A stretch of DNA of 54,513 nt from an uncultured Bifidobacterium sp. (GCA_964355895.1 CAYHFK010000001.1:1588-56100), one strand, 5' to 3'. Positions 44,862 through 54,513 are shown, counted from the first letter of the stretch. Notes: generated by a model from the sequence alone, not told the origin. Program-made: numbers and translations.

Positions 44862-45791
44862 ATGACCAAGCCATCGGTTCACCGCCCGCCCGCCCCGCGC
44901 AAGCGACTGCCCAAGTCGTTCAAGGAACTGACGCCGGCGCGACATTTCAATCCGCGCACCTTTTTCCGCGAACTGATCTGGAAAGCCTTGCTCACCCGGC
45001 GCATTGGCCAGCACAAGCGCCCCGTATTTCCGAAGCTCAAGCCCGGGCAGGTCGCGATCACCTGGATCGGGCACGCGTCGTTTCTGATTCAGTTCACCGA
45101 TTTGAATGTGCTGGTGGATCCGAACTTTGCGAACTGGCTCTTTCTGCTGAAACGCCTCAAGCACGCCGGCCTGAAAATCGAAGACCTGCCCCCGATTGAT
45201 GTGGTGCTGCTCACGCACGCGCATTTCGATCACTTCCACAAACCGACGTTGCGCCGGCTGCCCCATCCGAAGATCGGCGTGATGCCGTGGGGCGTCGGCG
45301 ATCTCGCGCGCAACCTCGGCTTCGCCCGCATCGTCGAACTGGACTGGTGGGAAAGTTTTTCGCAACGCGAATGGCAGGTGACCTTGACGCCGGGCAAGCA
45401 TTGGGGCGCGCGCACGTTGCACGATCACCATCGCGGCTACGGCGGCTTTGTGCTGGAACATCAGGGCCGGCGAATTTATCACGCGGGCGACAGCGCCTAC
45501 TTCGACGGCTTCAAGGAAATCGGCGACCGATTGGCCCCGGACGTGGCACTGCTGCCGATTGGCGCATATCACCCGGAAACCTTTCGGTGCGTCCACATGG
45601 GGCCGGACGAGGCGATGAAAGCCTTCAAGGATCTGCGGGCGAACTGGCTCGTGCCGATGCACTACGGCACCTTCAAGCTTTCGTTCGAATCGCTGGACGA
45701 GCCGCCGCGCTGGTTGCGCCAGCTCGCCCATGAACAGGACCTCACCCACAAATTGCGCATCCTGGATGAAGGAGTGCCGACGGTGTTTTAA
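44862..45791 (+). CDS. MBL-fold metallo-hydrolase (NAPE-PLD-like)
   Basis: ITWIGHASFLIQ, VLLTHAHFDH (HxHxDH). Confidence 0.88.
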   Translation: MTKPSVHRPPAPRKRLPKSFKELTPARHFNPRTFFRELIWKALLTRRIGQHKRPVFPKLKPGQVAITWIGHASFLIQFTDLNVLVDPNFANWLFLLKRLKHAGLKIEDLPPIDVVLLTHAHFDHFHKPTLRRLPHPKIGVMPWGVGDLARNLGFARIVELDWWESFSQREWQVTLTPGKHWGARTLHDHHRGYGGFVLEHQGRRIYHAGDSAYFDGFKEIGDRLAPDVALLPIGAYHPETFRCVHMGPDEAMKAFKDLRANWLVPMHYGTFKLSFESLDEPPRWLRQLAHEQDLTHKLRILDEGVPTVF

Positions 45792-45837
45792 GCGTCTCCA
45801 GCCGCGAAGAGCCGGTTTGAAAACCACGAGGGCAAAT

Positions 45838-45913
45838 TCGTCCTCCTCGTCGCCCTCGTCCTCGAACGCCCGCAACCCAATCGAGGACGAGGACGAGAAC
45901 GACGAGGAGGAGG
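45838..45913. repeat. imperfect GC-rich hairpin (tcgtcctcctcgtcg.. / ..cgacgaggaggagg)
   Basis: Left arm 45838-45865, right arm 45881-45913. First 12 bp are perfect, then a 6-nt bulge. Lies between the MBL hydrolase gene and serA. Confidence 0.7.
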
Positions 45914-46073
45914 GGACGAGCCGGCTTTGCGCCTTCAGGTTGAAGGCGACCTCCGGTCTCACGCCGGGTGCTTGGTCGTTCCCTGCCCGCTTCAATCGTT
46001 GGCGTCCAAGTTTGGAATTTTGAAAGTTTGACCTAGCCGTACCCCCCACCTAAACTAACTGCTCTTGTTGTTT

Positions 46074-47672
46074 ATGAAGATTTTGGTTTGTGATCCGATT
46101 TCGCCCCGGGGCATCGCGCTGCTCCAACAGCGGCCTGAGTTTCAGGTCGTCGTGTTGCCCAAGCGCCTGAGCGAAGCCGAACTGCTGCCGCTCGTCGCCG
46201 ACGCGGTGGCGATGGTCGTGCGCTCCGAAACGAAAGTGACGCGCAAGGTCATCGAGGCGGCGCCGCTGCTTCGGGTGGTGGGCCGCGCAGGGGTGGGCAT
46301 TGATAACGTGGACGTGGAAGCCGCCACGCAACGCGGCGTGGTGGTGATGAACACGCCCGGTGGCAACACGATTTCCACGGCGGAACTTTCCTTCAGCATG
46401 ATTCTTGGCCTCGCGCGCAAAGTGCCGCAGGCCCATGGCTCGATGGCGGCCGGCAAATGGGATCGGAAACAATTTCAAGGCGTCGAACTCGCGGGCAAAA
46501 CGCTGGGCGTGCTCGGCATGGGCCGCATCGGGACGGAAGTCGCCCGGCGCGCCCTCGCCTTCGGCATGAAAGTGGTGGGTTACGATCCGTTTCTCACCGA
46601 GGCGCGCGCGAAGGTGCTCGGGGTGGAACTGGCCGCCGATCTCGACGAGGTTTATCGCGAGGCGGATTTTATCACCGTCCACATGCCGGTAACGGAACAG
46701 ACGCGCGGCATGTTGAACACCGCCGCCTTCGCCAAGATGAAGCCCGGCGTGCGGATCGTGAATTGCGCGCGCGGCGAAATCATCGTGGAGAACGATCTGA
46801 TCGCGGCGCTGGATTCGGGCAAGGTCGCCGGGGCCGGGCTGGACGTCTTCATCGTCGAGCCGCTCGCGGCGGAGCATCCGTTCCGCCAGCACCCCGGCAT
46901 CACGCTCACGCCGCATCTCGGGGCGAGCACCGAGGAGGCGCAGGAGAAGTGCGGCATCGAAGTCGCCGAGGTCATCACGGGTTATCTGCTGACCGGCGAA
47001 GTGCGCAACGCCGTCAACCTGCCTTACCTCGACGCCAAAACTTACGAACAGGTTAAGCCCTACCTCATCCTCGGCGAGAAACTCGGCAAGTTGCTCGCGC
47101 AACTTGCCCCGCCCCAGGTGGATCGCCTGCACGTCACCTACGGCGGCAAGGCGCAGGAGTTGCCGAACATTGATCCGGTGACACGCGCCGTCGTGCTGGG
47201 CTTTCTTTCGCGCGCTTCCGTGAAGGATTTGAACAACGTCAATGTCCGCAGCATCGCGGCGACACTCGGCCTGACGGTCGAGGAAAAACGTTCGAGCGAG
47301 CCGGTCACGTTCAACGAATGGCTGCACGTGCAGGCGTTCAACGGCAGCGAAAAGGTCATTTCCGCCGGCGGCACCTTCTTTGGTTCGCCGAACAATCCGC
47401 GCATCGTACGACTGTACAGCACGCCGGTGGAGATTCCCATCAGCGGCACCATGCTGTTGCTGACGAATAAAGACCGACCCGGCATCGTCGGGCATCTCGG
47501 CACGTTGCTCGGCAAACATAATGTGAACATCGCCAGCATGAGCCTGAGCCGCGACACGGCGGACGGCGACGCGTTCACCGTCTTGAATCTCGACAGCGAA
47601 CCGCCGGCCGCCGTGTTGGCGGAATTGCAGCAGGATGATTGCATCCGCAATGTCAAAGTCGTGAAACTGTAA
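46074..47672 (+). CDS. serA: D-3-phosphoglycerate dehydrogenase (long form with ASB and ACT domains)
   Basis: MKILVCDPIS, GVLGMGRIGTEVA, CARGEIIVE, HLGASTEEAQ, C-terminal ACT-like LLLTNKDRPGIVGHLGTLLG. Confidence 0.93.
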   Translation: MKILVCDPISPRGIALLQQRPEFQVVVLPKRLSEAELLPLVADAVAMVVRSETKVTRKVIEAAPLLRVVGRAGVGIDNVDVEAATQRGVVVMNTPGGNTISTAELSFSMILGLARKVPQAHGSMAAGKWDRKQFQGVELAGKTLGVLGMGRIGTEVARRALAFGMKVVGYDPFLTEARAKVLGVELAADLDEVYREADFITVHMPVTEQTRGMLNTAAFAKMKPGVRIVNCARGEIIVENDLIAALDSGKVAGAGLDVFIVEPLAAEHPFRQHPGITLTPHLGASTEEAQEKCGIEVAEVITGYLLTGEVRNAVNLPYLDAKTYEQVKPYLILGEKLGKLLAQLAPPQVDRLHVTYGGKAQELPNIDPVTRAVVLGFLSRASVKDLNNVNVRSIAATLGLTVEEKRSSEPVTFNEWLHVQAFNGSEKVISAGGTFFGSPNNPRIVRLYSTPVEIPISGTMLLLTNKDRPGIVGHLGTLLGKHNVNIASMSLSRDTADGDAFTVLNLDSEPPAAVLAELQQDDCIRNVKVVKL

Positions 47673-47689
47673 CCAAATCAAAATCAAAT

Positions 47690-48796
47690 ATGATGAATCG
47701 AACCACTACCCTGTTCGCCGCCGCGCTCGCGGCGGCGTGCCTCAGCGCGCCGTCGGGCGTCGCGGCCACCGCCGGGACCACCAATGCCAGTTCCGCCAGC
47801 AAACTCACCGAACTGTTTGGCGACCCGGTCATCGCCAAGGCCAAGGGGGTGGAGATCAAACGCAGCGAGCTGGACAAGTCGCTGGTCCCCATCAAATCCA
47901 ATTACGCCGCGCGCGGGCAGAACCTCGGCGCCGAGCAGACGGCGCTCCTCGAAGCCCAAGTGCTCAACGAAATGGTGGGTGTGCAGTTGACGCTGTTGAA
48001 GGCCACCGATGCCGACAAGCAAAAAGGCCGGGAGCAATTTGAAAAGATGCTCAAGCGGCTCAAGACGGACAACAAGCTGACGGACGAGGAATTCGAGCAA
48101 AAGCTGGCCACGCAACTGCGCGTCCAGGCCGCGACGCGCGCGCAGTGGGAACAGCAGATCCTCGACAAAGCCACCGTCGCGTTCATTTTGGAACGCGAAC
48201 TCAAGGTGAGCCTCAGCGATGAGGACGTGAAAAAGTATTACGACGAGCATCCCGCGCGTTTTGAGCAACCGGAACAGGTGCGCGCCAGCCACATCCTGAT
48301 CGGGACCCGCGACCCAGGCACGAACGCGGAACTCACGGAGGAGCAGAAGAAGGCCAAGCGGAAACTTGCCGACGACCTGCTCAAGCGCGCCCGGGCGGGC
48401 GAAGATTTCGCCAAGCTGGCCAAGGAATTCTCCGACGACCCCGGCTCCAAGGATAACGGCGGCGAATACACGTTCCCGAAAGGTCAGATGGTGCCGGAGT
48501 TTGAAGCCGCCGCCTTTTCCCTGGGCACCAACCAGATCAGCGACGTCATCGCCACCCAGTTCGGGTATCATATCATCAAGTTGAGTGAAAAAATTCCGGC
48601 CAAGAAAATCGAGCTGGCCAAAATTTCGGAGGACTTGAAGGAAGGTCTCAAGCAACAGGAGATGCAAAAGTTGCTACCCGACTATTTTGAGAAACTTCTG
48701 AAGGAGGCGAATTTCGAAATCCTCGATGAGAAAATCAAGGCGGCCTCGGAACTTAAACCGCCGACCAAGCCCGCCCCGCCGGACGACAAGAAATAA
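47690..48796 (+). CDS. secreted parvulin-type peptidyl-prolyl isomerase (SurA/PrsA-like)
   Basis: Signal peptide. VRASHILI, GGEYTFPKGQMVPEFEAAAF, FGYHIIKL. Confidence 0.9.
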   Translation: MMNRTTTLFAAALAAACLSAPSGVAATAGTTNASSASKLTELFGDPVIAKAKGVEIKRSELDKSLVPIKSNYAARGQNLGAEQTALLEAQVLNEMVGVQLTLLKATDADKQKGREQFEKMLKRLKTDNKLTDEEFEQKLATQLRVQAATRAQWEQQILDKATVAFILERELKVSLSDEDVKKYYDEHPARFEQPEQVRASHILIGTRDPGTNAELTEEQKKAKRKLADDLLKRARAGEDFAKLAKEFSDDPGSKDNGGEYTFPKGQMVPEFEAAAFSLGTNQISDVIATQFGYHIIKLSEKIPAKKIELAKISEDLKEGLKQQEMQKLLPDYFEKLLKEANFEILDEKIKAASELKPPTKPAPPDDKK

Positions 48797-48814
48797 TCCC
48801 GGCCGTTTTTTGCC

Positions 48815-48852
48815 ACCGCGCCCGCAAAGCTTGCGGGCGCGGTTTTATTTTT
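48815..48852 (+). terminator. intrinsic terminator after the PPIase gene
   Basis: accgcgcccgcaa-agc-ttgcgggcgcggt followed by tttatttttg. Confidence 0.85.
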
Positions 48853-49229
48853 GCGGGCTGTCGTGGCGATGGTCGCGTGCGGGTGCGATTACATGTGGCG
48901 GTTGAATTGCCACGCTCCCAGGCGGGATGGGCCGCGCGGGAATGGCTGGCGCAAACGGTAAAGTCCGGCAACCGTGGGCCGGCGAAGGCGAGTGTTCGGG
49001 CGCAATAATTCAAAAGGGTGACCCGAGCTCTGGGGCCACCCTTTTCACAACGATTCCGTGCCTATGAAAAAGGATTAGGAACCAAGGACAACTTAGCCAG
49101 CGGCTCCGGGTTGGCAATGGGAAAAAACCAAAAGTTATTCACCGGACCCGTTCCCTAGACTTGCCTCGCCGCGCGCCATTTCCTAACGTGCGCGCTGGTT
49201 CGGCTGGGAAACATTTTGCAATTCATTTT

Positions 49230-50129
49230 ATGAGCGTACTCATTGTCGGTTCCACGGCGTTGGACTCCATCAAAACTCCGCACGCGGAGAATCCCCGCCT
49301 GCTCGGCGGCTCGGCCAGTCACGCGGCGGTGGCGGCGAGCTTTTTCAGCCCGGTGAAACTGGTCGGCGTGGTCGGCGACGACTTCCCCAAAAAATACCTC
49401 TCGCTTTATCGCCGGCACGGCATTGACCTCGCGGGTTTGCAGATCAAGCCCGGCAAAACCTTTCATTGGTCGGGCGAATACGAGGTCAACCTGAACAACC
49501 GCCGTACCCTGCTCACCGAGTTGGGCGTGTTCGAGACGTTCTCACCGGAATTGCCCAAGGCCTATCAAGCGTCGCCCTACGTGCTGCTCGCCAACATCGC
49601 CCCCGCGCTCCAGCATCACGTCTTGAACCAGATGCGGCGGCCCAAGTTCGTCGTGGCCGACACGATGGACCTCTGGCTCAACATTGCGCTCGACGATTTG
49701 GTGAAGTTGCTCAAGCGCATTGACGGGTTCGTGCTCAACGACAGCGAAGCGCACCAGTTGACGCAGGAGGACAACGTGTTCTTGGCCTTGAAGAAGATTC
49801 ACAAAATGGGCCCGAAATATGTCATCATCAAAAAGGGTTCGCACGGCTCGATCTTGTCCGGCCCGAAAGGCTTTTTCCTATGCCCGGCGTATCCACTGCC
49901 CAAGGTCGTGGACCCCACTGGCGCCGGGGATTCGTTCGTCGGCGGCATGATGGGCTACCTCGCCACCGCCCGCGGCTCCGTTGACGCCAACCTCCGCCGG
50001 GCGATGATTCATGGCAGCGTGGTGGCCTCGTTCTGCTGTGAAGGCTTTGGCCTGAACCGCACGACGCGCGTGACGCGCGCCCGCGTCGCACAGCGGGTGA
50101 AGGAACTGGAGAAGCAGACGCGGTTTTGA
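49230..50129 (+). CDS. PfkB-family carbohydrate/nucleoside kinase
   Basis: MSVLIVGSTALD.., DPTGAGDSFVGG. Confidence 0.85.
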   Translation: MSVLIVGSTALDSIKTPHAENPRLLGGSASHAAVAASFFSPVKLVGVVGDDFPKKYLSLYRRHGIDLAGLQIKPGKTFHWSGEYEVNLNNRRTLLTELGVFETFSPELPKAYQASPYVLLANIAPALQHHVLNQMRRPKFVVADTMDLWLNIALDDLVKLLKRIDGFVLNDSEAHQLTQEDNVFLALKKIHKMGPKYVIIKKGSHGSILSGPKGFFLCPAYPLPKVVDPTGAGDSFVGGMMGYLATARGSVDANLRRAMIHGSVVASFCCEGFGLNRTTRVTRARVAQRVKELEKQTRF

Positions 50130-50166
50130 GCCGGGGGCCGGCCAACTTGCAATCCGCATCCCGCCG

Positions 50167-50634
50167 ATGGCTCACATCCACGAAAAAATTGATTTTACCG
50201 TCGCGATCTTCGTCGTTCGCGACGGCCAGGTGTTGCTGATTCACCATCGCAAGCTCGACAAGTGGCTGCCATTGGGCGGACACATCGAGTTGGAGGAAGA
50301 CCCGGAGCAGGCGGCGTTGCGCGAGGCGAAGGAGGAAAGCGGACTGGACGTGGAACTGCTCGGCGAGCGTCCGCCCACGACCGAGCCGGGCACCCGCGCG
50401 CTGATCGCCCCGCGTTTTCTCGACATTCATCGCATCAGCGCCACGCATGAACACATCGGCATGATTTACTGGGCGCGCCCGAAGAGCGGCGCGACGACGC
50501 TCGCCGCTGAGGAGCATCACGACATCCGCTGGTGTTCCCCGGCCGACTTGGACCTGCTCCAGCCCGCGATGTCCGGTGCCGTGAAGTGGTATTGCCGTCA
50601 GGCCCTCGCGGAAGTCTCCCGTCCGCCGGCCTGA
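50167..50634 (+). CDS. NUDIX hydrolase
   Basis: Nudix box GGHIELEEDPEQAALREAKEESGL. Confidence 0.9.
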   Translation: MAHIHEKIDFTVAIFVVRDGQVLLIHHRKLDKWLPLGGHIELEEDPEQAALREAKEESGLDVELLGERPPTTEPGTRALIAPRFLDIHRISATHEHIGMIYWARPKSGATTLAAEEHHDIRWCSPADLDLLQPAMSGAVKWYCRQALAEVSRPPA

Positions 50635-50657
50635 GTTCAAAGCCGGGCACCGCACGC

Positions 50658-51863
50658 ATGTATTCGCGCAAAATCAAAACCGGCGTCTTCATCCTCGAAG
50701 GATTGAACTCCTTCGCGTTGACGTACTACTTTTACTACTTCTATTTCTTCACCCGGCAACAATTCGGTTTTGGCAACCAGGCGAACCTTGCGCTGGCGGC
50801 GGCGACCGGTTTGATCTGCGTGCCCGCGGCGTTGTGGGGGGGCCGCTTTGCCCAACGCGCCGGGTATTTCACCGCGCTGAAGGTCGGCTTCGGAATCATG
50901 ATCGTGACGCTCACGCTCGGCTGGCAGTTCGCAGCATCGCCGGCGGCGCATATCGCGCTCATGCTAGTCACCGTGGTTGGCATGAGTTTCACCTGGCCGA
51001 CGCTGGAAGCGCTCGTGAGTGAAGGCGAAACGGGTGCGCGTTTGCAGCGCAATGTCGGATTTTACAATGTCGTGTGGGCCGGCACCGGCGCCGTGGCGTA
51101 TTTCACCGGCGGTGCGTTGCTGGAAAAGCTCGGTCGGCAAAGCCTCTTCTTCCTGCCGCTGGCTTCGCAAATGGTGCAACTCGCCTTGACGTTTTGGCTG
51201 CATCAGCAATCCGCTCGCTCGCAACCGGCGACGGCGGTTTCCCTGGTCGGCTTGACGCAGTCGCCGCCGCCGCCGGCCCGGGCAAAGACTTTTCTGCGCA
51301 TGGCGTGGCTCGCCAACCCGTTTGCCTACATCGCCGTCAACACCCTCGTCGCCGCCATGCCGGGCGTGGCGCACAATCTGAAGTTGACCACGACGCAAGC
51401 CGGCTTTTGTTGTTCCCTTTGGTGCTTCGCCCGGTTGGCGGCGTTCTGCGGCTTGTGGTTTTGGGCCGGGTGGCATTACCGCTTCCGTTGGCTGCTGGCC
51501 TCCTATCTCGTGCTGGTCGTCACCTTCGTAGTGATTCTGGTCGTGCCCAATCTCGCCATCGTTGTACTGGCGCAACTGGCGCTCGGCGGTGCGCTCGGAT
51601 TGCTCTACTACTCGTCGCTGTTCTACTCGATGGACGCGGGCGACACGAAAGGCGTTCACGGCGGCATTCACGAAGCGGCGATTGGTCTGGGCAGCTTCGC
51701 CGGGCCGGCGGTGGGCGCGGCCTCGCTGTATTTCCTGCCGCAAGTTGCCAATGCCGGCGCGTGGGCCGTAAGCGGACTGTTGTTGTGCGGGTTGGCGGGA
51801 TTGGTGGGCATCCAGTTGCAAGCTCCAAGCCCCAAGCCGCCAGCTCCAGAGAAGCATCCATAG
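50658..51863 (+). CDS. MFS transporter
   Basis: ATG 50658, about 12 hydrophobic helices, 401 aa. Confidence 0.8.
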   Translation: MYSRKIKTGVFILEGLNSFALTYYFYYFYFFTRQQFGFGNQANLALAAATGLICVPAALWGGRFAQRAGYFTALKVGFGIMIVTLTLGWQFAASPAAHIALMLVTVVGMSFTWPTLEALVSEGETGARLQRNVGFYNVVWAGTGAVAYFTGGALLEKLGRQSLFFLPLASQMVQLALTFWLHQQSARSQPATAVSLVGLTQSPPPPARAKTFLRMAWLANPFAYIAVNTLVAAMPGVAHNLKLTTTQAGFCCSLWCFARLAAFCGLWFWAGWHYRFRWLLASYLVLVVTFVVILVVPNLAIVVLAQLALGGALGLLYYSSLFYSMDAGDTKGVHGGIHEAAIGLGSFAGPAVGAASLYFLPQVANAGAWAVSGLLLCGLAGLVGIQLQAPSPKPPAPEKHP

Positions 51864-51968
51864 CGAAGTTCCAAATCTCGCCGCGCTACCAGTTGGGAGT
51901 TTTTGCAGACTTGCCTGTCTGCCGCTTTCTCCCCCAAGCTGTCCGGGCTAACAATCAAAAGCACAATC

Positions 51969-52739
51969 ATGTCATCACTCTCCGGCAAACTCGGCATTGT
52001 CTTCGGCGTCGCCAACAAACGCTCCATCGCCTGGGCCATCGCGCAGGCCTGGCACAAACAAGGCGCCAAGCTCGCCTTCACCTACCAAGGGGATCGCCTC
52101 AAGGAAAACGTGGAGGAACTCGTCGGCACGTTTGGCAGTAACACGCTGCTCATGCCGTGCGACGTCACCAAGGATGACGACATCGCGAACGTCTTCAAAA
52201 CCGTCGGTGAGAAATTCGGCAAGCTGCATCTCCTGCTCCACTCCGTGGCGTTCGCCCCCCGGGAGGCGCTCGAAGGCGAATTCGTGAACACGAGTCGCGA
52301 AGCTTATCGCATCGCGCACGACGTGAGCGCGTATTCCCTCGTGGCGCTGGCTCGCGCCGCCGCGCCGCTGATGACCGACGGCGGCAGCATCATGGCCATG
52401 AGTTACTACGGCGCGGAAAAGGTCATGCCGCACTACAATGTCATGGGCGTGGCCAAAGCCTCGCTCGAAGCCAGCACGCGTTACCTCGCCTACAATCTCG
52501 GCCCGAAAAAAATTCGCGTGAACTGCATCAGCGCCGGGCCGGTCAACACGCTCGCCGCGCGCGGCATTGCCGGCTTCAACGACATCCTCAAGCATTACGA
52601 AGCCCACGCTCCGCTCAAGCGCAACGTGGTGCCCGACGAACTTGGCGCCACGGGGGTTTTCCTCGCCAGCGACGGCGCCGCCGCCATCACCGGCCAGGTC
52701 ATCTACGTGGATGGTGGCTATCAGATCATGGGGATGTAG
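51969..52739 (+). CDS. fabI: enoyl-[acyl-carrier-protein] reductase (NADH)
   Basis: GKLGIVFGVANKRSIAW, SYYGAEKVMPHYNVMGVAKASLE (Tyr-x6-Lys), VYVDGGY. 256 aa. Confidence 0.93.
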   Translation: MSSLSGKLGIVFGVANKRSIAWAIAQAWHKQGAKLAFTYQGDRLKENVEELVGTFGSNTLLMPCDVTKDDDIANVFKTVGEKFGKLHLLLHSVAFAPREALEGEFVNTSREAYRIAHDVSAYSLVALARAAAPLMTDGGSIMAMSYYGAEKVMPHYNVMGVAKASLEASTRYLAYNLGPKKIRVNCISAGPVNTLAARGIAGFNDILKHYEAHAPLKRNVVPDELGATGVFLASDGAAAITGQVIYVDGGYQIMGM

Positions 52740-52819
52740 GCGCACAGCGAAGTCAAACGCACCCCTTCCGTCGGTCACGGCTTCGCGTTTGGTTTTAGAG
52801 TTGGTTTGTCATTACGCCC

Positions 52820-53153
52820 GCCCTCACCCCAACCCTCTCCCCCGAAGCAGAGACTTCCACGAAATTTTTGCGCGCGTTACGCCCTTGAACCGTAGCGCAG
52901 ACTGGCAGTCTGCTGTGTCGCGGATTGGCAATCCGCAGGGGACTGATGGTGCGGCGCCGAGCCGACTACCAGTCGGCGACACAGCAGGTTGCCAACCTGC
53001 GCTACGAGCAGACGATTCATGGGCCGGGGGAGAATCGTTCGCCGCCTTTTTGAAATGTCGTGCGACGGAGTTGACCGGATGATTTCCAACAATCAGAAGG
53101 CGGCTGATGGCTGCACCTTCTCCCGGGGGGGAGAAGGCCGGGATGAGGGTGAG
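52820..53153. repeat. composite MITE-like element of the same family as 39519-39678, carrying nested repeats
   Basis: Termini gccctcaccccaaccctctccccc (52820-52843) and gggggagaaggccgggatgagggtg (about 53126-53153) are imperfect inverted repeats (about 19/24). 53029-53043 is an inverted copy of ggcgaacgattctcc (39628-39642). Confidence 0.7.
52892..53005. repeat. REPIN-like doublet: two inverted 30-nt GTAG-headed REP units enclosing two further 7-bp hairpins
   Basis: gtagcgcag-actggcagt-ctgctgtgtcgc (52892-52921) versus the reverse complement of 52976-53005, gtagcgcag-gttggcaac-ctgctgtgtcgc. Four perfect 7-bp/3-nt-loop hairpins at 52897-52913, 52920-52936, 52961-52977 and 52984-53000. Confidence 0.8.
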
Positions 53154-53238
53154 TGTAAAACCATTTGTTTTTGAAGAAGTCAGAAGAAGCTGTCACGGCG
53201 CAAGCGCCGCTTGATTTTGGCACGCTGTCTTCAACGGC

Positions 53239-53625
53239 TCACTCCAACCCCCGCTCGGTCAATTCATCCTCATCCAGACCGAGGTAATGGCCGAGTTCGT
53301 GGAGATAAGTCGTGTGGACTTCGTCGCCGTATATTTCCTCGTCGCCTTCGGCAAAGTCCCAGAGATTTTCCAGAAACAAAATAATCTGCGGCGGGAGCGG
53401 CGAGGCGCTGTGTTCCTCGTCGCCAAACGCCGGGCCGGTGAAGAGGCCGAGCGTATCCGGTTCGATGCCGTCGGCTTGCAGCGCCGCGCTCGGGACGCGC
53501 TCGAAGGTGACGGGCAGTGGCTGCGCCCGTTCGCGCAAGGGCCCCGGCAACGCCGCCAGCGTGGCCGCAACTTCGGCCCGCGCAAGTTGGTTTAAATGTT
53601 CCCAGGATGAACGCATACAAACCAT
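53239..53625 (-). CDS. small zinc metallopeptidase-family protein (zincin-like)
   Basis: HELGHYLGL (HExxH) near the C-terminus, about 125 aa. ATG 53625 or 53616. Confidence 0.8.
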   Translation of the reverse strand: MVCMRSSWEHLNQLARAEVAATLAALPGPLRERAQPLPVTFERVPSAALQADGIEPDTLGLFTGPAFGDEEHSASPLPPQIILFLENLWDFAEGDEEIYGDEVHTTYLHELGHYLGLDEDELTERGLE

Positions 53626-53655
53626 CGGCCAATGGGTAACCCGCTCCGCGCCGGG

Positions 53656-54513
53656 CTACCGGGCGGGCAGTTCACGCACGTAAAGATTCCGGAACCACAC
53701 GGGCGTCTGGTGCGCCTGGAGTTCGATCGGCCCGATGGGGAAGAGCGACAGATCGCGCTGCCAGTAATTCTCCAGCACGGTGTTGTTGACGACGAGTTCG
53801 TCGTTCAGGAATACATGCACTTTGTCGCCGACAATGAGGATGCGGGTGCGATTCCATTCTCCAACGGGGTTATCCGCGACCCGCAGCGGCTTGGCGGCAT
53901 TGGTCTGGTTGTTGAAGAGGCCGCCGGAGCCAACCTCGTTACCGGCCTTGGTCGGTTGGGTGAACGGGTCCCAAATCTGCACCTGCGGCGTGCCGCGCAA
54001 ATAAAAACCGCTGTCGCTGCCGGGCGCGATCTTCCAGTCCGCGACCAGTTCAAAATTCGCGTAGTCCTTCGCCGTGCAAAGATTGTCGAAGTTCGTTCCG
54101 CGATAAACCAGCAAACCGTCCTCGACCCGCCAGTTCGCGCGCATGAGTTCATCCGCCTTCGCCTGCTTGGCGGCCAGTTCCGCCGGCTTCATCGTGGCGC
54201 GTTGCTTCGGATCGGCCACCAGACCTTTCCAACCGGTGAGGTCCTGGCCGTTGAACAACGCGCTGAAACCCTCGGTCCCCGGGCTGGCGTTCCTGGCGCG
54301 CGGCAGTTCCTTCACGCGGATTTGCCGAAACTCCACGTAGTCGTTGTGGCCGAGGAAGCCGATGTGGCCGCGCTCGCGGAACAGGCCGGGATGCTTCGCA
54401 ATCGTCAGCGGATCGGACATGGTGTTGAGGTTCGCATCCAGAATCGTGATGCCGTTGACGACGACCGTGATGTGCCGGCCCCGCGCGGTGATTTCCTCCG
54501 TGTTCCACTGGCC
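53656..54513 (-). CDS. DUF1080 (3-keto-disaccharide hydrolase-like) domain protein, 5' end outside window
   Basis: The frame stays open upstream of M54420 to the right edge (GQWNTEEITARGRHITVVVNGITILD..GHIGFLGHNDYVEFRQIRVKELP is the end of one DUF1080 domain). A second complete domain ends WFRNLYVRELP. Confidence 0.85.
   Translation of the reverse strand, partial: GQWNTEEITARGRHITVVVNGITILDANLNTMSDPLTIAKHPGLFRERGHIGFLGHNDYVEFRQIRVKELPRARNASPGTEGFSALFNGQDLTGWKGLVADPKQRATMKPAELAAKQAKADELMRANWRVEDGLLVYRGTNFDNLCTAKDYANFELVADWKIAPGSDSGFYLRGTPQVQIWDPFTQPTKAGNEVGSGGLFNNQTNAAKPLRVADNPVGEWNRTRILIVGDKVHVFLNDELVVNNTVLENYWQRDLSLFPIGPIELQAHQTPVWFRNLYVRELPAR

Overview
High-GC (roughly 60%) chromosomal segment. 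Gene content looks verrucomicrobial or planctomycete-like (H-X9-DG prepilin-type protein, autotransporter-associated beta-strand repeat protein, DUF1080, PA14, BspA-type LRR); this taxonomic guess is inference only. Left half (1-26.4 kb): a same-strand glycan-degradation locus with a partial GH95 fucosidase, a frameshift-split GH101-like enzyme, two GH29 fucosidase fusions (810 aa and 1537 aa), three SGNH/SASA esterases (two of them fused to other domains), a formylglycine sulfatase and an unknown secreted protein. This locus is interrupted by a YtrA-type GntR / ABC ATPase / ABC-2 permease operon bracketed by 115-nt direct repeats, by a frameshifted prepilin-type gene, and by a low-GC two-gene insert. 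Middle: a 1048-aa internally duplicated surface protein, tandem-DUF1080 and tandem-PA14 proteins, an isochorismatase-ThuA fusion, and a ribose-type ABC (no ATPase) + secreted nucleoside hydrolase + ribokinase operon. Right: a BspA-like LRR protein, a class II aldolase truncated exactly at the start of an IS110-family transposase, housekeeping genes (serA, parvulin PPIase, PfkB kinase, Nudix, MFS, fabI), a small Zn-peptidase and a partial DUF1080 gene. I saw no rRNA, no foldable tRNA/tmRNA and no CRISPR array. Intergenic DNA holds several structured repeat families: a mosaic repeat with a tRNA-3'-end-like segment, MITE-like ccctcaccc/ccctctcc elements, a REPIN-like GTAG doublet and long hairpins. 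All family calls rest on motifs read by eye and recalled from memory; no searches were run.
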